Shown piece after piece: positions 28,718 through 38,767 of a DNA stretch of 64,000 bases; within the stretch, counting starts at the first letter, position 1; each line of letters starts with the position of its first letter. Origin of the DNA: Candidatus Melainabacteria bacterium 17Bon1m (GTDB taxonomy: Bacteria > Cyanobacteriota > Vampirovibrionia > Obscuribacterales > Obscuribacteraceae); assembly GCA_032128875.1 (NCBI GenBank), contig JAVLKG010000005.1:224001-288000 (forward strand). Direction: 5' to 3'. The position numbers and the translations under genes were made by a program. Below the pieces are notes generated by a model that made no database searches, was not told where the DNA came from, and saw only the letters and a program-made list of their open reading frames with translations.

Positions 28718-29749
28718 GTGGCAGTTGAAACAGTGAAGAGCCTTATGCAAGCAGCTCAGATTGTTGAACCGAACAAAGGATTCAATATTACGAGCGTTGA
28801 GCGGAAGGAACCCACAGGCAATGAGGTTCTGATCAAGGTGCAGGCTTGTGGCATTTGTCACAGTGACAGTTTCACGGTTCTGGGACAGTGGCCCGGCATT
28901 GCCTATCCTATGACTCCTGGTCACGAGATCGTTGGTACTGTCGAAGCGCTTGGACCGAATGTTGAGCGCTTGAAGAAGGGCGATCGAGTGGGTATCGGCT
29001 GGCATGGTGGTCATTGCCAAGTTTGCGCTGCATGTAGGAGCGGTGACTTCGTCGCATGTGAAAAGCTGCAGGTGCCAGGCATCGCCATTCAAGGCGGGTA
29101 TGCCGAGTATGCAACCTTTTCGGAATCGGTTTGCGCTGTGGTTCCTGAAAAGCTTTCATCTGCGGAGGCTGCGCCCTTGATGTGTGCCGGAGTAACAACC
29201 TTCTACTCACTGCGTCATGCAGGTGCAAAGCCAGGGGATGTTGTCGCGATTTTGGGTGTAGGCGGACTTGGTCACCTCGGTGTTCAATTCGCAAGCAAAA
29301 TGGGTTTTCACACAGTTGCTATTGCGCGTGGGCAGGACAAGAAAAAGCTTTCTCTTGAATTAGGCGCGAATGATTATATTGATTCTGAGAGTCAAGACGT
29401 TGCAGCAGAATTGAAGAAACTTGGTGGAGCGAAAGTTGTTCTTGCCACCGTAACTAGTACCAAAGCAATGTCTCCTACAGTTGACGGATTGTCTATCGAC
29501 GGAAAGTTAGTCATTGTAGGCGCTGGCACTGAACCTCTGAATGTTACGCCCATCCAGTTGATTGGAGCTCGTAAGTCGATTGTGGGTTGGCCGAGCGGAA
29601 CAGCGAAAGACTCCGAGGAGTGCATGAACTTTTGCGCGCTAACAGGAATTCGCCCGATGCTCGAACGTTTTCCATTTAAAGATGTAGAGAAAGCGTACGA
29701 GCTGATGATGAGCGGAAAAGCACGATTCAGAGCCGTAATTGAATATTAG
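28718..29749 (+). CDS. Zn-dependent alcohol dehydrogenase
   Basis: CGICHSD, GHE, CxxCxxC...C, GVGGLG. Confidence 0.95.
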   Translation: MAVETVKSLMQAAQIVEPNKGFNITSVERKEPTGNEVLIKVQACGICHSDSFTVLGQWPGIAYPMTPGHEIVGTVEALGPNVERLKKGDRVGIGWHGGHCQVCAACRSGDFVACEKLQVPGIAIQGGYAEYATFSESVCAVVPEKLSSAEAAPLMCAGVTTFYSLRHAGAKPGDVVAILGVGGLGHLGVQFASKMGFHTVAIARGQDKKKLSLELGANDYIDSESQDVAAELKKLGGAKVVLATVTSTKAMSPTVDGLSIDGKLVIVGAGTEPLNVTPIQLIGARKSIVGWPSGTAKDSEECMNFCALTGIRPMLERFPFKDVEKAYELMMSGKARFRAVIEY

Positions 29750-29835
29750 TTTGCCCTCGCGTGCGATTCGTCGAACTGTTCGCACGTCACATCACATAAC
29801 GCGGTGCTAATGCCGCAATCTGACCGATTGGAGAG

Positions 29836-30168
29836 ATGGAAACAATGCCGAGTTATGTAATCGTCTGGGAATTTCAAGTCAAACCCGGGCAAGAAGAAAA
29901 CTTCGAAGAACAATATGGTGATCATGGTATTTGGGCTGAGTTGTTCAAAACCAGCGATAAATACCAAGGCACGAAAGTAATAAAAGACGTCGGGCAAATG
30001 TCGCGTTATGTCACGCTCGACTATTGGTCTTCTGAATTCGACTATGAGCGTTTTCGCAAGGACAACAAAGTAGCATATGAGTCAATCGACAAACGGTGCG
30101 AAGCGCTCACTGATGGTGAGTTGCTTATCGGCAAATTTCACACACTAGATCAAGCATCTGAAAGTTAA
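29836..30168 (+). CDS. Antibiotic biosynthesis monooxygenase (ABM)-like protein
   Basis: YVIVWEFQVKPG..FE..YG..G.W and YVTLDYW. Confidence 0.75.
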   Translation: METMPSYVIVWEFQVKPGQEENFEEQYGDHGIWAELFKTSDKYQGTKVIKDVGQMSRYVTLDYWSSEFDYERFRKDNKVAYESIDKRCEALTDGELLIGKFHTLDQASES

Positions 30169-30325
30169 CACCTACTTTCTGGAAAACTGTTTTCATAACG
30201 CTGCCGCAATCCGATTAGTGTCCTTTTGGATATTAATGGATTAAATTACGTGATTTTTTACTGGATTTGCGGCAAGATAGAAATGAAAACTGGGTGGGCT
30301 TGGAAGAGTACGGGCAGAAAACCGT

Positions 30326-30712
30326 ATGAGAGTACTAGCCATTGATGATGATGCCGTTGCCCCTGTCTTGTTTGGCGCGATCGCAAGAAAAATGGGCGTG
30401 GAGATTGCCACGGCTGCAGATTGCGCTACGGCGCTAAATTTGCTGAAATCTTCGACGTTCGATGTAATTTTGATGGACCTCAACCTAAAAGGGATTGATG
30501 GTTTTGAGGTCACACGCCAGGTACGTGTTTGGCAAAAGGAAGTCGGTTGTTACCAACCGATTATTGCCGTCACCGGCTATGCCATGAGCGAAGACCGCGC
30601 CATGTGCCTGAAAGCGGGGATGGACGACTATCTGAGCAAGCCGTACCAAATAAAAGACCTGTCCGACCTTCTGCTGAAGTGGTCTCTAGCGTCGGCGGCG
30701 CCTCAGGTTTAA
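30326..30712 (+). CDS. Single-domain response regulator
   Basis: IDDD, LMD, AVTG, GMDDYLSKP. Confidence 0.9.
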   Translation: MRVLAIDDDAVAPVLFGAIARKMGVEIATAADCATALNLLKSSTFDVILMDLNLKGIDGFEVTRQVRVWQKEVGCYQPIIAVTGYAMSEDRAMCLKAGMDDYLSKPYQIKDLSDLLLKWSLASAAPQV

Positions 30713-30746
30713 CTCCGAGACTGGACCTCTAGACTACTGTCCACGG

Positions 30747-31427
30747 TTAATAAAGTCCTGGAATCAGGCGATATTTGACCTTATTGCAGTATTCGGGATA
30801 GCCGTTTAAGTGCGTGAGGAGAAACTTTTCCTCGTCGATAATTCGCCAGTTGAGAATTGCTACTGCGACAACAATGAGCAAGGCCGACCATAGTGATCCA
30901 AGAGCGAGAGGAATACCGAGGAGCAGCAAGAGTGCGCCCGAATACATTGGGTGTCTGACTACTCCGTACATACCTGTTGAGACAACACTTTGATTTTCTG
31001 CAAGTTCGATGGTTGCTGAGGCAAACGTATTTTCCAGGCACACCTTTGTGAAAACGTAGAAGCTGAGTGCTGTTAGAAAATCGCCGAAAAGCACAGCCGG
31101 CAGAGGCACTCGTGACCATCCAAATCTATGGTCTAGTCCGCAAAGAACCAGAAAGAGAACGAAAGAGAGTGTAATGCCTGTCATGATGATGCGCTGCACA
31201 GGGCGTTTTTCAGCCGTTGGTCCTGCTTTCATTCTGCGCATCAAAACATCCGGTGCATACTTCCATAAGATCAATCCGTGGACCATTGTTGCGACAGAGA
31301 ACACGGTGATAAACACCCACGCCTGCCAGTAGTCGAAAGTCCAGGCCGCTAAGAATATAGGTGCGCCCAGAATTATGAAAAGGGATGGCAGCGCAGTAAT
31401 CAGTCTAAATTTGATCTTCTTGTCCAT
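30747..31427 (-). CDS. Isoprenylcysteine carboxyl methyltransferase-family protein
   Basis: TGMYGVVRHPMY, EEKFL, YRLIPG. Confidence 0.9.
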   Translation of the reverse strand: MDKKIKFRLITALPSLFIILGAPIFLAAWTFDYWQAWVFITVFSVATMVHGLILWKYAPDVLMRRMKAGPTAEKRPVQRIIMTGITLSFVLFLVLCGLDHRFGWSRVPLPAVLFGDFLTALSFYVFTKVCLENTFASATIELAENQSVVSTGMYGVVRHPMYSGALLLLLGIPLALGSLWSALLIVVAVAILNWRIIDEEKFLLTHLNGYPEYCNKVKYRLIPGLY

Positions 31428-31548
31428 GGCTCTAAACTAGCACTTTTGCTCGCCAGCTCACGGACAAAGTGACGAGAAAGCGTATTAAACGTTCCGCAAA
31501 TGCGGCAGTTTTTCCGGATGCTTCACCACGATAGTACAAAGGGGTGAA

Positions 31549-32691
31549 TTACTTAACTGGCGCGGCTTGCAAGCGGTCTAGAGTCTTTTTTCTCTTTTCC
31601 AGCCAGAAAGCTGATTGCACAGGCCATTCTTTGTACGGATTTTCTTCCGGAGCTTGACCAAGTTCTTGTTCTGCATGGAAAAACCACTGGGGTTCGTTCA
31701 ATGCTTCCCGCGCCAAAGCTACAAAGTCGGCACTTCCATCTTCCACAATCTTGTTCGCTTGATGCGCTTCTACGATGAAGCCGACTGCCATGGTTTGGAT
31801 GTCGGCGCCGTGTTTGATTTCGCGCGCAAACGGCACCTGATAGCCTAGCGCGGATCGCAGATTCATTTTTCCGGGCTGTCCGCCGGACGAGCAATCGATT
31901 ACATCTACACCAAGTTTTTTCAGTTCTTTCGCGTATTCAACTGCTTCTTCAATAGTGAAGCCGCCTTCGATTCCATCAACCGACGAGATGCGAACGAACA
32001 TCGGTTTTTCTTTCGGCCAGAATTCACGCAAAACTTTTGCAACCGAAAGCGGGAATCTCATGCGATTTTCCAACGAACCACCATATTGATCTTTGCGCTG
32101 ATTTGCAATCGGTGAGAGATATGATTGCAAAAGATATCCATGGGCGTTATGCATTTCGAGGACGTCAAAACCGCAGTCGTTAGCGCGTTTTGCTGCAGCA
32201 AGAAAGTCGTTGCGCACTTTCTCCATGTCCTTTTCATCCATCTCTTTGGGTGTGTGCCAGTTTTCGCCCCAAGGAATGGCGCTCGATGAGAATGTTTGCC
32301 ACGGCTCCTCGCCGGGGTTTTTATCTGATTCGAGAATTGGACCATCGCCTTCCCATGGACGGTGGCAGCTTGCTTTTCTTCCTGCATGTGCAAGCTGAAT
32401 TCCGGGCGTGGCGCCGAGTGATTTAAGGAGTGCGACGACACGCTTGAGCGGTGCTTTCTGTTCGTCGTTCCACAGTCCGGAGTCTCCGTGTGTAATTCGG
32501 CCTTCGGGGGAAACGCCCGTGGCTTCTACGAAAATTAGTCCCGCGCCGCCCATCGCGAAACGCCCCAGGTGAGCAATATGAAAGTCTGTGAGTTTTCCGT
32601 CAATTGCCGAATACATGCACATTGGTGAAACGACAGTACGGTTGCGAATTTCGACATCGCGAACTTTGACGTGCTCGAATAACTTGCTCAT
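31549..32691 (-). CDS. NADH:flavin oxidoreductase (Old Yellow Enzyme, NamA/YqjM-like)
   Basis: SPMCMYSA, QLAHAGRKAS, HNAHGYLL, YGGSLENR. Confidence 0.95.
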   Translation of the reverse strand: MSKLFEHVKVRDVEIRNRTVVSPMCMYSAIDGKLTDFHIAHLGRFAMGGAGLIFVEATGVSPEGRITHGDSGLWNDEQKAPLKRVVALLKSLGATPGIQLAHAGRKASCHRPWEGDGPILESDKNPGEEPWQTFSSSAIPWGENWHTPKEMDEKDMEKVRNDFLAAAKRANDCGFDVLEMHNAHGYLLQSYLSPIANQRKDQYGGSLENRMRFPLSVAKVLREFWPKEKPMFVRISSVDGIEGGFTIEEAVEYAKELKKLGVDVIDCSSGGQPGKMNLRSALGYQVPFAREIKHGADIQTMAVGFIVEAHQANKIVEDGSADFVALAREALNEPQWFFHAEQELGQAPEENPYKEWPVQSAFWLEKRKKTLDRLQAAPVK

Positions 32692-32829
32692 GCTGTGAAT
32701 CCTTCTAAATGCTTTCTTTTCGGGCCGACGCGTCGCGTGCCCTTCTCTGGAGCGGAATGGTAGCAGACTTAGAAAGATCATTTGCAAGCGTTGCCGCGGT
32801 AACTCAGTATCCGCTTGGCATTTGCAGCG

Positions 32830-33324
32830 TTAACCCAATTCCCCTTTCGAGCTGACCAGTCCTTTGCGGCTGGCGAAGCGCAACACCGCGCGGCGCAGAT
32901 TGAGAAACTCTTTGTGAAAACCGCCGTTGACCATCTCTTCGTAGGCGAGGTCGAACGTGTGCCCGTGAGCTTCCATGCGATATATGCAAACCATAGCTCC
33001 GGTTCTATCTTGACCGTGCAAACAATGTATGAAAATGGGGTGACTTTCCGGTTGTAGCGCAATTTCCAGAAATTGCTTGATTGCCGCCTCGCTGGGCTCC
33101 TGGAAAGGTGTCATTGGTACGCTGAGAAACTGCATTCCAAGCTGCTCGACAAGTTCTTTCTCGCGTGCAATCTGCCCGGGCTCCTCGCGCAGATTGATGA
33201 TGGTTTTAATCCCTTTCTCTTTGAGGATTTTGAAGCCATCATCATTAGGCTGACCGCCGCAGTATATCTCTGCGGCTATCTGGCGGAAATTTGGGGTTGG
33301 TTCTGTCGGGTCGTGGGCGAGCAT
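32830..33324 (-). CDS. Dual-specificity/tyrosine phosphatase family protein
   Basis: HCLHGQDRTG (CX5R), GGQP, INLR. Confidence 0.9.
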   Translation of the reverse strand: MLAHDPTEPTPNFRQIAAEIYCGGQPNDDGFKILKEKGIKTIINLREEPGQIAREKELVEQLGMQFLSVPMTPFQEPSEAAIKQFLEIALQPESHPIFIHCLHGQDRTGAMVCIYRMEAHGHTFDLAYEEMVNGGFHKEFLNLRRAVLRFASRKGLVSSKGELG

Positions 33325-33526
33325 CGGCCTGCTGGGCGGGCTGGGGCGGACTTAAGTTAGTTCATTACCTTTATACCCTGATGAGAACCCCGATTCATAC
33401 GTTGCGGCACTCTCGGGGCGAGGTGACTGATAAATTTCGATACGAGTGCGACAAGAAAGCCCCGTATTAAGGGCTGATTGGCGAAAAGGCGGCATAATAT
33501 AGCCAGCCTTTTAAGGAGACTTCAAA

Positions 33527-35137
33527 GTGACCGGAACTCAGACTTCGCACGGTGCCCTCAGTCATCTTGCCGACAACGCACTCACAGACGGCATTGCCAT
33601 TCTTGATTTCGGATCGCAATTTTCGCAATTAATCGCCAGGCGGGTTAGAGAGGTTAATACCTATTCTGAGCTTCTGCCCTACAGCACGTCGGCTGAAGAA
33701 CTCAAGCGGCTTAATCCGAAGGGCATTATTCTGAGCGGCGGACCGAGCAGTTGCTATGAAGCGCATGCGCCGCAGCTCGACGCTGGAGTCTGGAAGTTGG
33801 GTATCCCTGTCCTGGGCGTTTGCTACGGCATGCAGCTTATGGCGCGCGACCTGGGCGGCGTAGTCGAGCCATCCGATGTTAAAGAATACGGACGTGCGAT
33901 GCTGACCATCGCGCATCACGGCAACCTTTTCGATGGCTTGGATCCGGAGATGGAAAGCTGGATGAGCCATGGCGACAGTGTGACCGTGCTGCCTGCCGGC
34001 TTTGCGGTGTCTGCAAGAACGATGGCCACTCCAGTGGCAGCAATTGCTGATGAAGAACGCAATTACTACGGCGTGCAATTCCACCCGGAAGTCGTGCACA
34101 CACGCGGTGGACAGCAAGTCATAGAAAACTTCGTGGTGCGCGTCTGTCGCTGCACGCAAAGCTGGACGATGAAACAATTTATCGAACATGCGATTGCCGA
34201 AGTTCGCGAGAAAGTCGGTGACAAGCGCGTTTTGCTTGCGCTCTCTGGAGGCGTTGACAGTTCTACACTCGCATTTCTTTTGCACAAAGCTATCGGCGAT
34301 CAGTTGGTGTGCATGTTCATCGATCAAGGTTTCATGCGGAAAAACGAACCCGAATGGTTGGTTGATGCGTTTGAAAACGAGTTCAAGATTCATGTTCACT
34401 TCATCAAAGCTCGCGACAGATTTATTGACAAACTCGCAGGAGTGACGGATCCCGAGGAAAAACGCAAAAAAATCGGTGCGGAATTTATCAGAGTATTTGA
34501 AGAGGAATCGAAAAAACTCGGCAAGTTCGATTTCCTTGCACAAGGCACTCTCTATCCGGATGTCATCGAGTCTTCGGGAACGCAAGTGGATCCAAAAACA
34601 GGTGAGCGCGTCGCTGTGAAAATCAAGTCGCACCACAATGTGGGCGGCTTGCCGAAAGACCTCCAATTCAAACTTGTAGAGCCATTCTCGAAGCTCTTCA
34701 AGGACGAAGTCAGACGAGTCGCCGCAGAGCTTGATGTACCGGAAGGAATTCGTGTTCGCCACCCATTCCCAGGACCAGGGTTGGCTATCCGCGTGCTCGG
34801 CGAAGTTACAAAAGAACGTTTGAAAACACTGCGCGAAGCCGATTGGATTATCCGCGAGGAGATCAAAGCACACGGCTTGTACCGTCAGATTTGGCAAGTC
34901 TTCGGCGTCTTACTGCCGACTTTGTCGGTTGGCGTAATGGGCGATCAGCGCACCTATCAAAACCAAATTGTCATTCGTGCCGTTACCAGTGAAGACGGTA
35001 TGACTGCAGACTGGGCGCGCTTGCCTTACGATTTGTTGGCGACGATTTCTTCGCGAATTGTCAATGAAGTGCCTGGTATCAACCGGGTAGTTTATGACGT
35101 TACATCCAAACCGCCTGCGACAATTGAGTGGGAATAG
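33527..35137 (+). CDS. guaA: GMP synthase (glutamine-hydrolysing)
   Basis: [31 protein letters not shown]. Confidence 0.98.
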   Translation: MTGTQTSHGALSHLADNALTDGIAILDFGSQFSQLIARRVREVNTYSELLPYSTSAEELKRLNPKGIILSGGPSSCYEAHAPQLDAGVWKLGIPVLGVCYGMQLMARDLGGVVEPSDVKEYGRAMLTIAHHGNLFDGLDPEMESWMSHGDSVTVLPAGFAVSARTMATPVAAIADEERNYYGVQFHPEVVHTRGGQQVIENFVVRVCRCTQSWTMKQFIEHAIAEVREKVGDKRVLLALSGGVDSSTLAFLLHKAIGDQLVCMFIDQGFMRKNEPEWLVDAFENEFKIHVHFIKARDRFIDKLAGVTDPEEKRKKIGAEFIRVFEEESKKLGKFDFLAQGTLYPDVIESSGTQVDPKTGERVAVKIKSHHNVGGLPKDLQFKLVEPFSKLFKDEVRRVAAELDVPEGIRVRHPFPGPGLAIRVLGEVTKERLKTLREADWIIREEIKAHGLYRQIWQVFGVLLPTLSVGVMGDQRTYQNQIVIRAVTSEDGMTADWARLPYDLLATISSRIVNEVPGINRVVYDVTSKPPATIEWE

Positions 35138-35211
35138 CAGCGCAGGTAGATCATCAGGGGAAGACCTGATCGCGTTAGGCAGGCTGATCTAGTAAGGCAG
35201 AAACTGATCGG

Positions 35212-36837
35212 GTGGGAATGAAACAGAGCTTCGTAGCTGACTCTACTGCGCGTGCTCTTTTAGTACTGCTTTTCCTTGTCGCCGTTGTCGCATCGATTTT
35301 CATTGCCGGTGCGAGTCTCCATGATCCTGATACATGCTGGCTATTGTCGCTTGGAATGAAAATTGTGGAAGGCTGCGCGCTTCCGCAGGCAGACCCCTAT
35401 TCCTACACAATGCAGCTCTTCCCGGAAAGACGTTTTATTCTCTATCAGTGGCTCAGTGAAGTTTTATTCGCGCTGTCCTACAAAGCTCTCGATCTTGCAG
35501 GGCTCCTGCTGCTAGCTGCAGTTGTTCTCACTGCTTCGTTTATCTCAGTCCCGCTGGCACTTGCTCGGAAAATAGGCATGCCTGGCTGCTTTGCAATAGC
35601 CGGAACGATTCTCACACTGCTGACCGCTTTCTTCCATTTTCTTTGTCGACCGGAAATTTTCAGCTATCTGCTTCTCGGCACCTACATTTCGATGACCCAT
35701 TTTTTCTTGCGCAATAGAAACGTCGAGAAAGTCGATTGGAAGGCTGTCACCGTATTTGGTGCGATAATGGCAATCTGGTGCAACTTGCACAGTGGCTTTG
35801 TACTTGGCTTGCTCTATCTTTTCGTCTTTGCGTTGGTTACTACGATTTCAGATTTTGCTGCAGAGAAGAAGCTCAAAGCAATCGATAGGACGATCATATT
35901 TTCATTCGTCGCGGCTCTCGTAGGAACTTTCGTCAACCCTTATGGCATCGGTCTTTGGCAATATCTTCCGACTCTCTTTTTTACTCCTCTTAACAGGCAC
36001 ATCATCGAGTTGAGGCCGGTTTCCGGCAAAGACTTTCTTGAGTGGACCTTTTATCCGTTCGTCATACTGTTGGTTGTAACCGGCATTACCTGTGCACGAG
36101 CACTGATGAAGAAAATTGATTCCACGATTGTCAGCACACCTCGAGGGCAGGTGCTTTTTGCCGCCATTGCTGTGTTCAGTTGGATTATCGCGGGCTTTTG
36201 CTGCAGACGTCTGATTCCTTTTGCAGCCATTCATTTGTTCGCAGAAGGAGGCTACATGCTTGCTCTTCTACGAAAGCAAAAGGTTGCGGGGCAACCCGAT
36301 GCTGTGCAGAACAATGCTGCGCCGACGTTCTGGGAAATGGTCGATCAAAAACTGCAAAATTCCTATCATCCTCACGGCCTTATGTGGTTTGTCACCATAG
36401 CTGTCTTTGCTGGTGTGGGCGTATTTTTCGTTTCTTCTCGCATTCCAGATGCTATTGTCCTTCCGCAATCCAGCAAAGTGATGCAGGCACCGTTTGATGC
36501 AGTAAAAGTGATTGGTGAAAAACCTCCTGCAGGGCGAGTTTTCAATGATCCGCAATTTGGCGATGTGATGATTTGGAAGCTTCAACAGCCGCCAAAGCTC
36601 TTCATCGACACTCGCTTCGACATGTATGGCGCACGAATTGTCGAAGACTATCAGACTATCTATTCAACAAAAGATGGCTGGGAAGAATTACTCAAGAAGT
36701 ATCAGATCTCGTGGGTGTTTGTTCGTCCAGAAGCGCCTATCGCTAAGAGACTCGCTGAAAGAGGTTGGAAAACCTTGTATGTGGATAAGGCAGCCATCGT
36801 CATTCATATTCCTGATGCCGGAAGTTCTACAGACTGA
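35212..36837 (+). CDS. Multi-pass membrane protein, GT-C-like (DxxW..G family)
   Basis: DPDTCWLLSLG, QWLSE, RPE, WCNLHSGF, NPYG, FIDTRFDMYG. Confidence 0.7.
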   Translation: MGMKQSFVADSTARALLVLLFLVAVVASIFIAGASLHDPDTCWLLSLGMKIVEGCALPQADPYSYTMQLFPERRFILYQWLSEVLFALSYKALDLAGLLLLAAVVLTASFISVPLALARKIGMPGCFAIAGTILTLLTAFFHFLCRPEIFSYLLLGTYISMTHFFLRNRNVEKVDWKAVTVFGAIMAIWCNLHSGFVLGLLYLFVFALVTTISDFAAEKKLKAIDRTIIFSFVAALVGTFVNPYGIGLWQYLPTLFFTPLNRHIIELRPVSGKDFLEWTFYPFVILLVVTGITCARALMKKIDSTIVSTPRGQVLFAAIAVFSWIIAGFCCRRLIPFAAIHLFAEGGYMLALLRKQKVAGQPDAVQNNAAPTFWEMVDQKLQNSYHPHGLMWFVTIAVFAGVGVFFVSSRIPDAIVLPQSSKVMQAPFDAVKVIGEKPPAGRVFNDPQFGDVMIWKLQQPPKLFIDTRFDMYGARIVEDYQTIYSTKDGWEELLKKYQISWVFVRPEAPIAKRLAERGWKTLYVDKAAIVIHIPDAGSSTD

Positions 36838-36992
36838 CTGATGCGCTCCACGCGCACCATGTTTTCCTCATGTCAGATTGGCGAACTATGCTGACTGCAC
36901 GGTTAACCGCCCCGCTGATCACACTTTGAATCGCGCCTGTGTAACGGATTTGCTTTCGCAGAGCCTGATATCCGGCGCCTTCGTTCTTAAAA

Positions 36993-37904
36993 ATGGAGCT
37001 TACTATGACAGACAACACGAATGTTGCCGACAGACCCCGTCGTTCTGAAGCCGCAGAGACGGAAGCATCTTCGAGAATGGCGCAGGAAGTTTATGGAAAT
37101 AGACCAGTAACTGATCTGTCTGGAAGACCGTGCACAACACAACCCGAGTCGAATCAGTTCAATACTCTTACCAGGGGGGTGCCTTCGGCGGGTTGCGATT
37201 TCCGCAGTGGCGAGCAGCTTTCACAAGCAACTGGAACACTCGATTTCGGCAATATTTGGCGCGAGGTCGGCCGCTCTACTGTTCAGATACAAGTTGGCTC
37301 CGAACGCGAGCGTGGTGGTGGAACTGGCGTGGTGATTGGTTCTCACAATGATATGTGCATCGTTGCTACAGCCGCCCATGTCACTCATCCGCACCGTTTT
37401 GAGCCGGGTGCAGAGCGCCCCACCAGTCGTTCTGTCGTAATGCCCGATGGGCGTGCCTACCCAGCGGAAACTCGCATTCTAAATATGAGGAACGATCAGG
37501 CTGTTTTGGCTGTGCGAACCAGCTCCAACACGGACAATGTCTGCCACCCGGCGCAAGCAGGCGAAGGATACGCTAGCGGACAGCGTGGATTTGTCGCTGG
37601 TTTTCCGATGGCGACGAACACTCCTTACATATCGCCTGCACAAATAGGTGCAATTCGCAGAGATTTGGGTCGCCCGGATCGCCGTCACGAAGACTCTCCT
37701 CAGCATGTTGTCCGCACTAACATTACCGGCGGCAACTCGGGAGGTCCGTTCTTCGACACCGAGGGACGTGTGAGAGGATTGATGAGTTCCGGTGATGAGC
37801 AAAACTTTGGAAGGAGTGTCAGCGGTAACAGAATCGGCATTGCCAGCCCTTTTACCGAGCGTATGCAGCGTAACTATATGGCGACAATTCGCAACCAGCG
37901 CTAG
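36993..37904 (+). CDS. Trypsin-like serine protease
   Basis: TAAHV, D, GNSGGP catalytic triad motifs. Confidence 0.85.
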   Translation: MELTMTDNTNVADRPRRSEAAETEASSRMAQEVYGNRPVTDLSGRPCTTQPESNQFNTLTRGVPSAGCDFRSGEQLSQATGTLDFGNIWREVGRSTVQIQVGSERERGGGTGVVIGSHNDMCIVATAAHVTHPHRFEPGAERPTSRSVVMPDGRAYPAETRILNMRNDQAVLAVRTSSNTDNVCHPAQAGEGYASGQRGFVAGFPMATNTPYISPAQIGAIRRDLGRPDRRHEDSPQHVVRTNITGGNSGGPFFDTEGRVRGLMSSGDEQNFGRSVSGNRIGIASPFTERMQRNYMATIRNQR

Positions 37905-37980
37905 CTGGCGTTGCAATCGTAGTAGGGAAGGCACATATGCCTTCCTGCTCAGGGAGCCACATGTGGCCCGTACGTTTGAA

Positions 37981-38529
37981 TCAATCTGCTGGATAAAACT
38001 GGCGAAACCGCATTGCTGATTTGAGGCGCCCGATGCCTTCTTCGTACGATATCTCGCGAAGCCGAAGTTGCTTTTGCACTGTTAGTGCAGCGACAACAAG
38101 GTCGGGTCTGATAATTTGCATTTTGACAAGTGCATGTCCCAGTGGACTAGACAATTCTGCGCTTGCGATGAGCGCTTCTGCAAGATTGTCTTCAGAAAGC
38201 AACTCAGATGCAACGAGCAATTCGCCCAGGCGGTCCTGGTTTTGCGTGACTTCTGGCCCTACACCGGCGGTTTCCAGGGCGGCTTGCAAAGACGCACCTT
38301 CGTCCACAATGTCCCTGATGATTTTGATGGCGGCATCTTGCGTAATCTTGCCGCTGAGCAACAATGACTGTGCCTGAATGGCTGCCAGCATCTCTGTCTT
38401 TGTTAGAAATCCTGAAGCGACGAGGACCTGTCCTACTGGCATTCCCAGGGACTGCGCGTAACCAAGCTGTTCGGCCAAATCGTTTTGACTTACTACCTCG
38501 GCTGTTGCGAGTAGTTCTCCGATTTTGAT
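37981..38529 (-). CDS. Stand-alone MshEN-like repeat protein, probable ATC start
   Basis: Four (R/K/P)xGxxL..L..Q-type repeats; frame extends 17 codons past the TTG at 38478 to an ATC 7 nt after GGGAGA. Confidence 0.7.
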   Translation of the reverse strand: MKIGELLATAEVVSQNDLAEQLGYAQSLGMPVGQVLVASGFLTKTEMLAAIQAQSLLLSGKITQDAAIKIIRDIVDEGASLQAALETAGVGPEVTQNQDRLGELLVASELLSEDNLAEALIASAELSSPLGHALVKMQIIRPDLVVAALTVQKQLRLREISYEEGIGRLKSAMRFRQFYPAD

Positions 38530-38767
38530 GGCTCAATCTCCCGACGTGATTTAGAGAATGATTTTGGTTCCCATTTGAGATTAGCACAACCTAGTGTCGC
38601 ATAAGCTATCTTTTTTGCTGATTAGGTATTATGGTGTGGGGCGGAAAGTGACAGTAGGACTATGAAAACGGTTGTCACTCCAAAAATAGCAAAGCCTTTT
38701 GGTCCTCAAATAAATACAGCGAAAGCGACCAAAACGGCATCGACAGTACCACAGGAAACGGAATCAC

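Noticed and set aside
33378-33526. Purine riboswitch or hammerhead (CTGATGA) upstream of guaA
   Set aside because: No purine aptamer consensus, and no GAAA after the candidate stem II.
33629-34897. 422-aa antisense ORF over guaA
   Set aside because: Shadow of a conserved gene; no recognisable motifs.
35137-35212. guaA 3' end as an integration hotspot
   Set aside because: No integrase or direct repeat follows; the next gene is an ordinary membrane protein.
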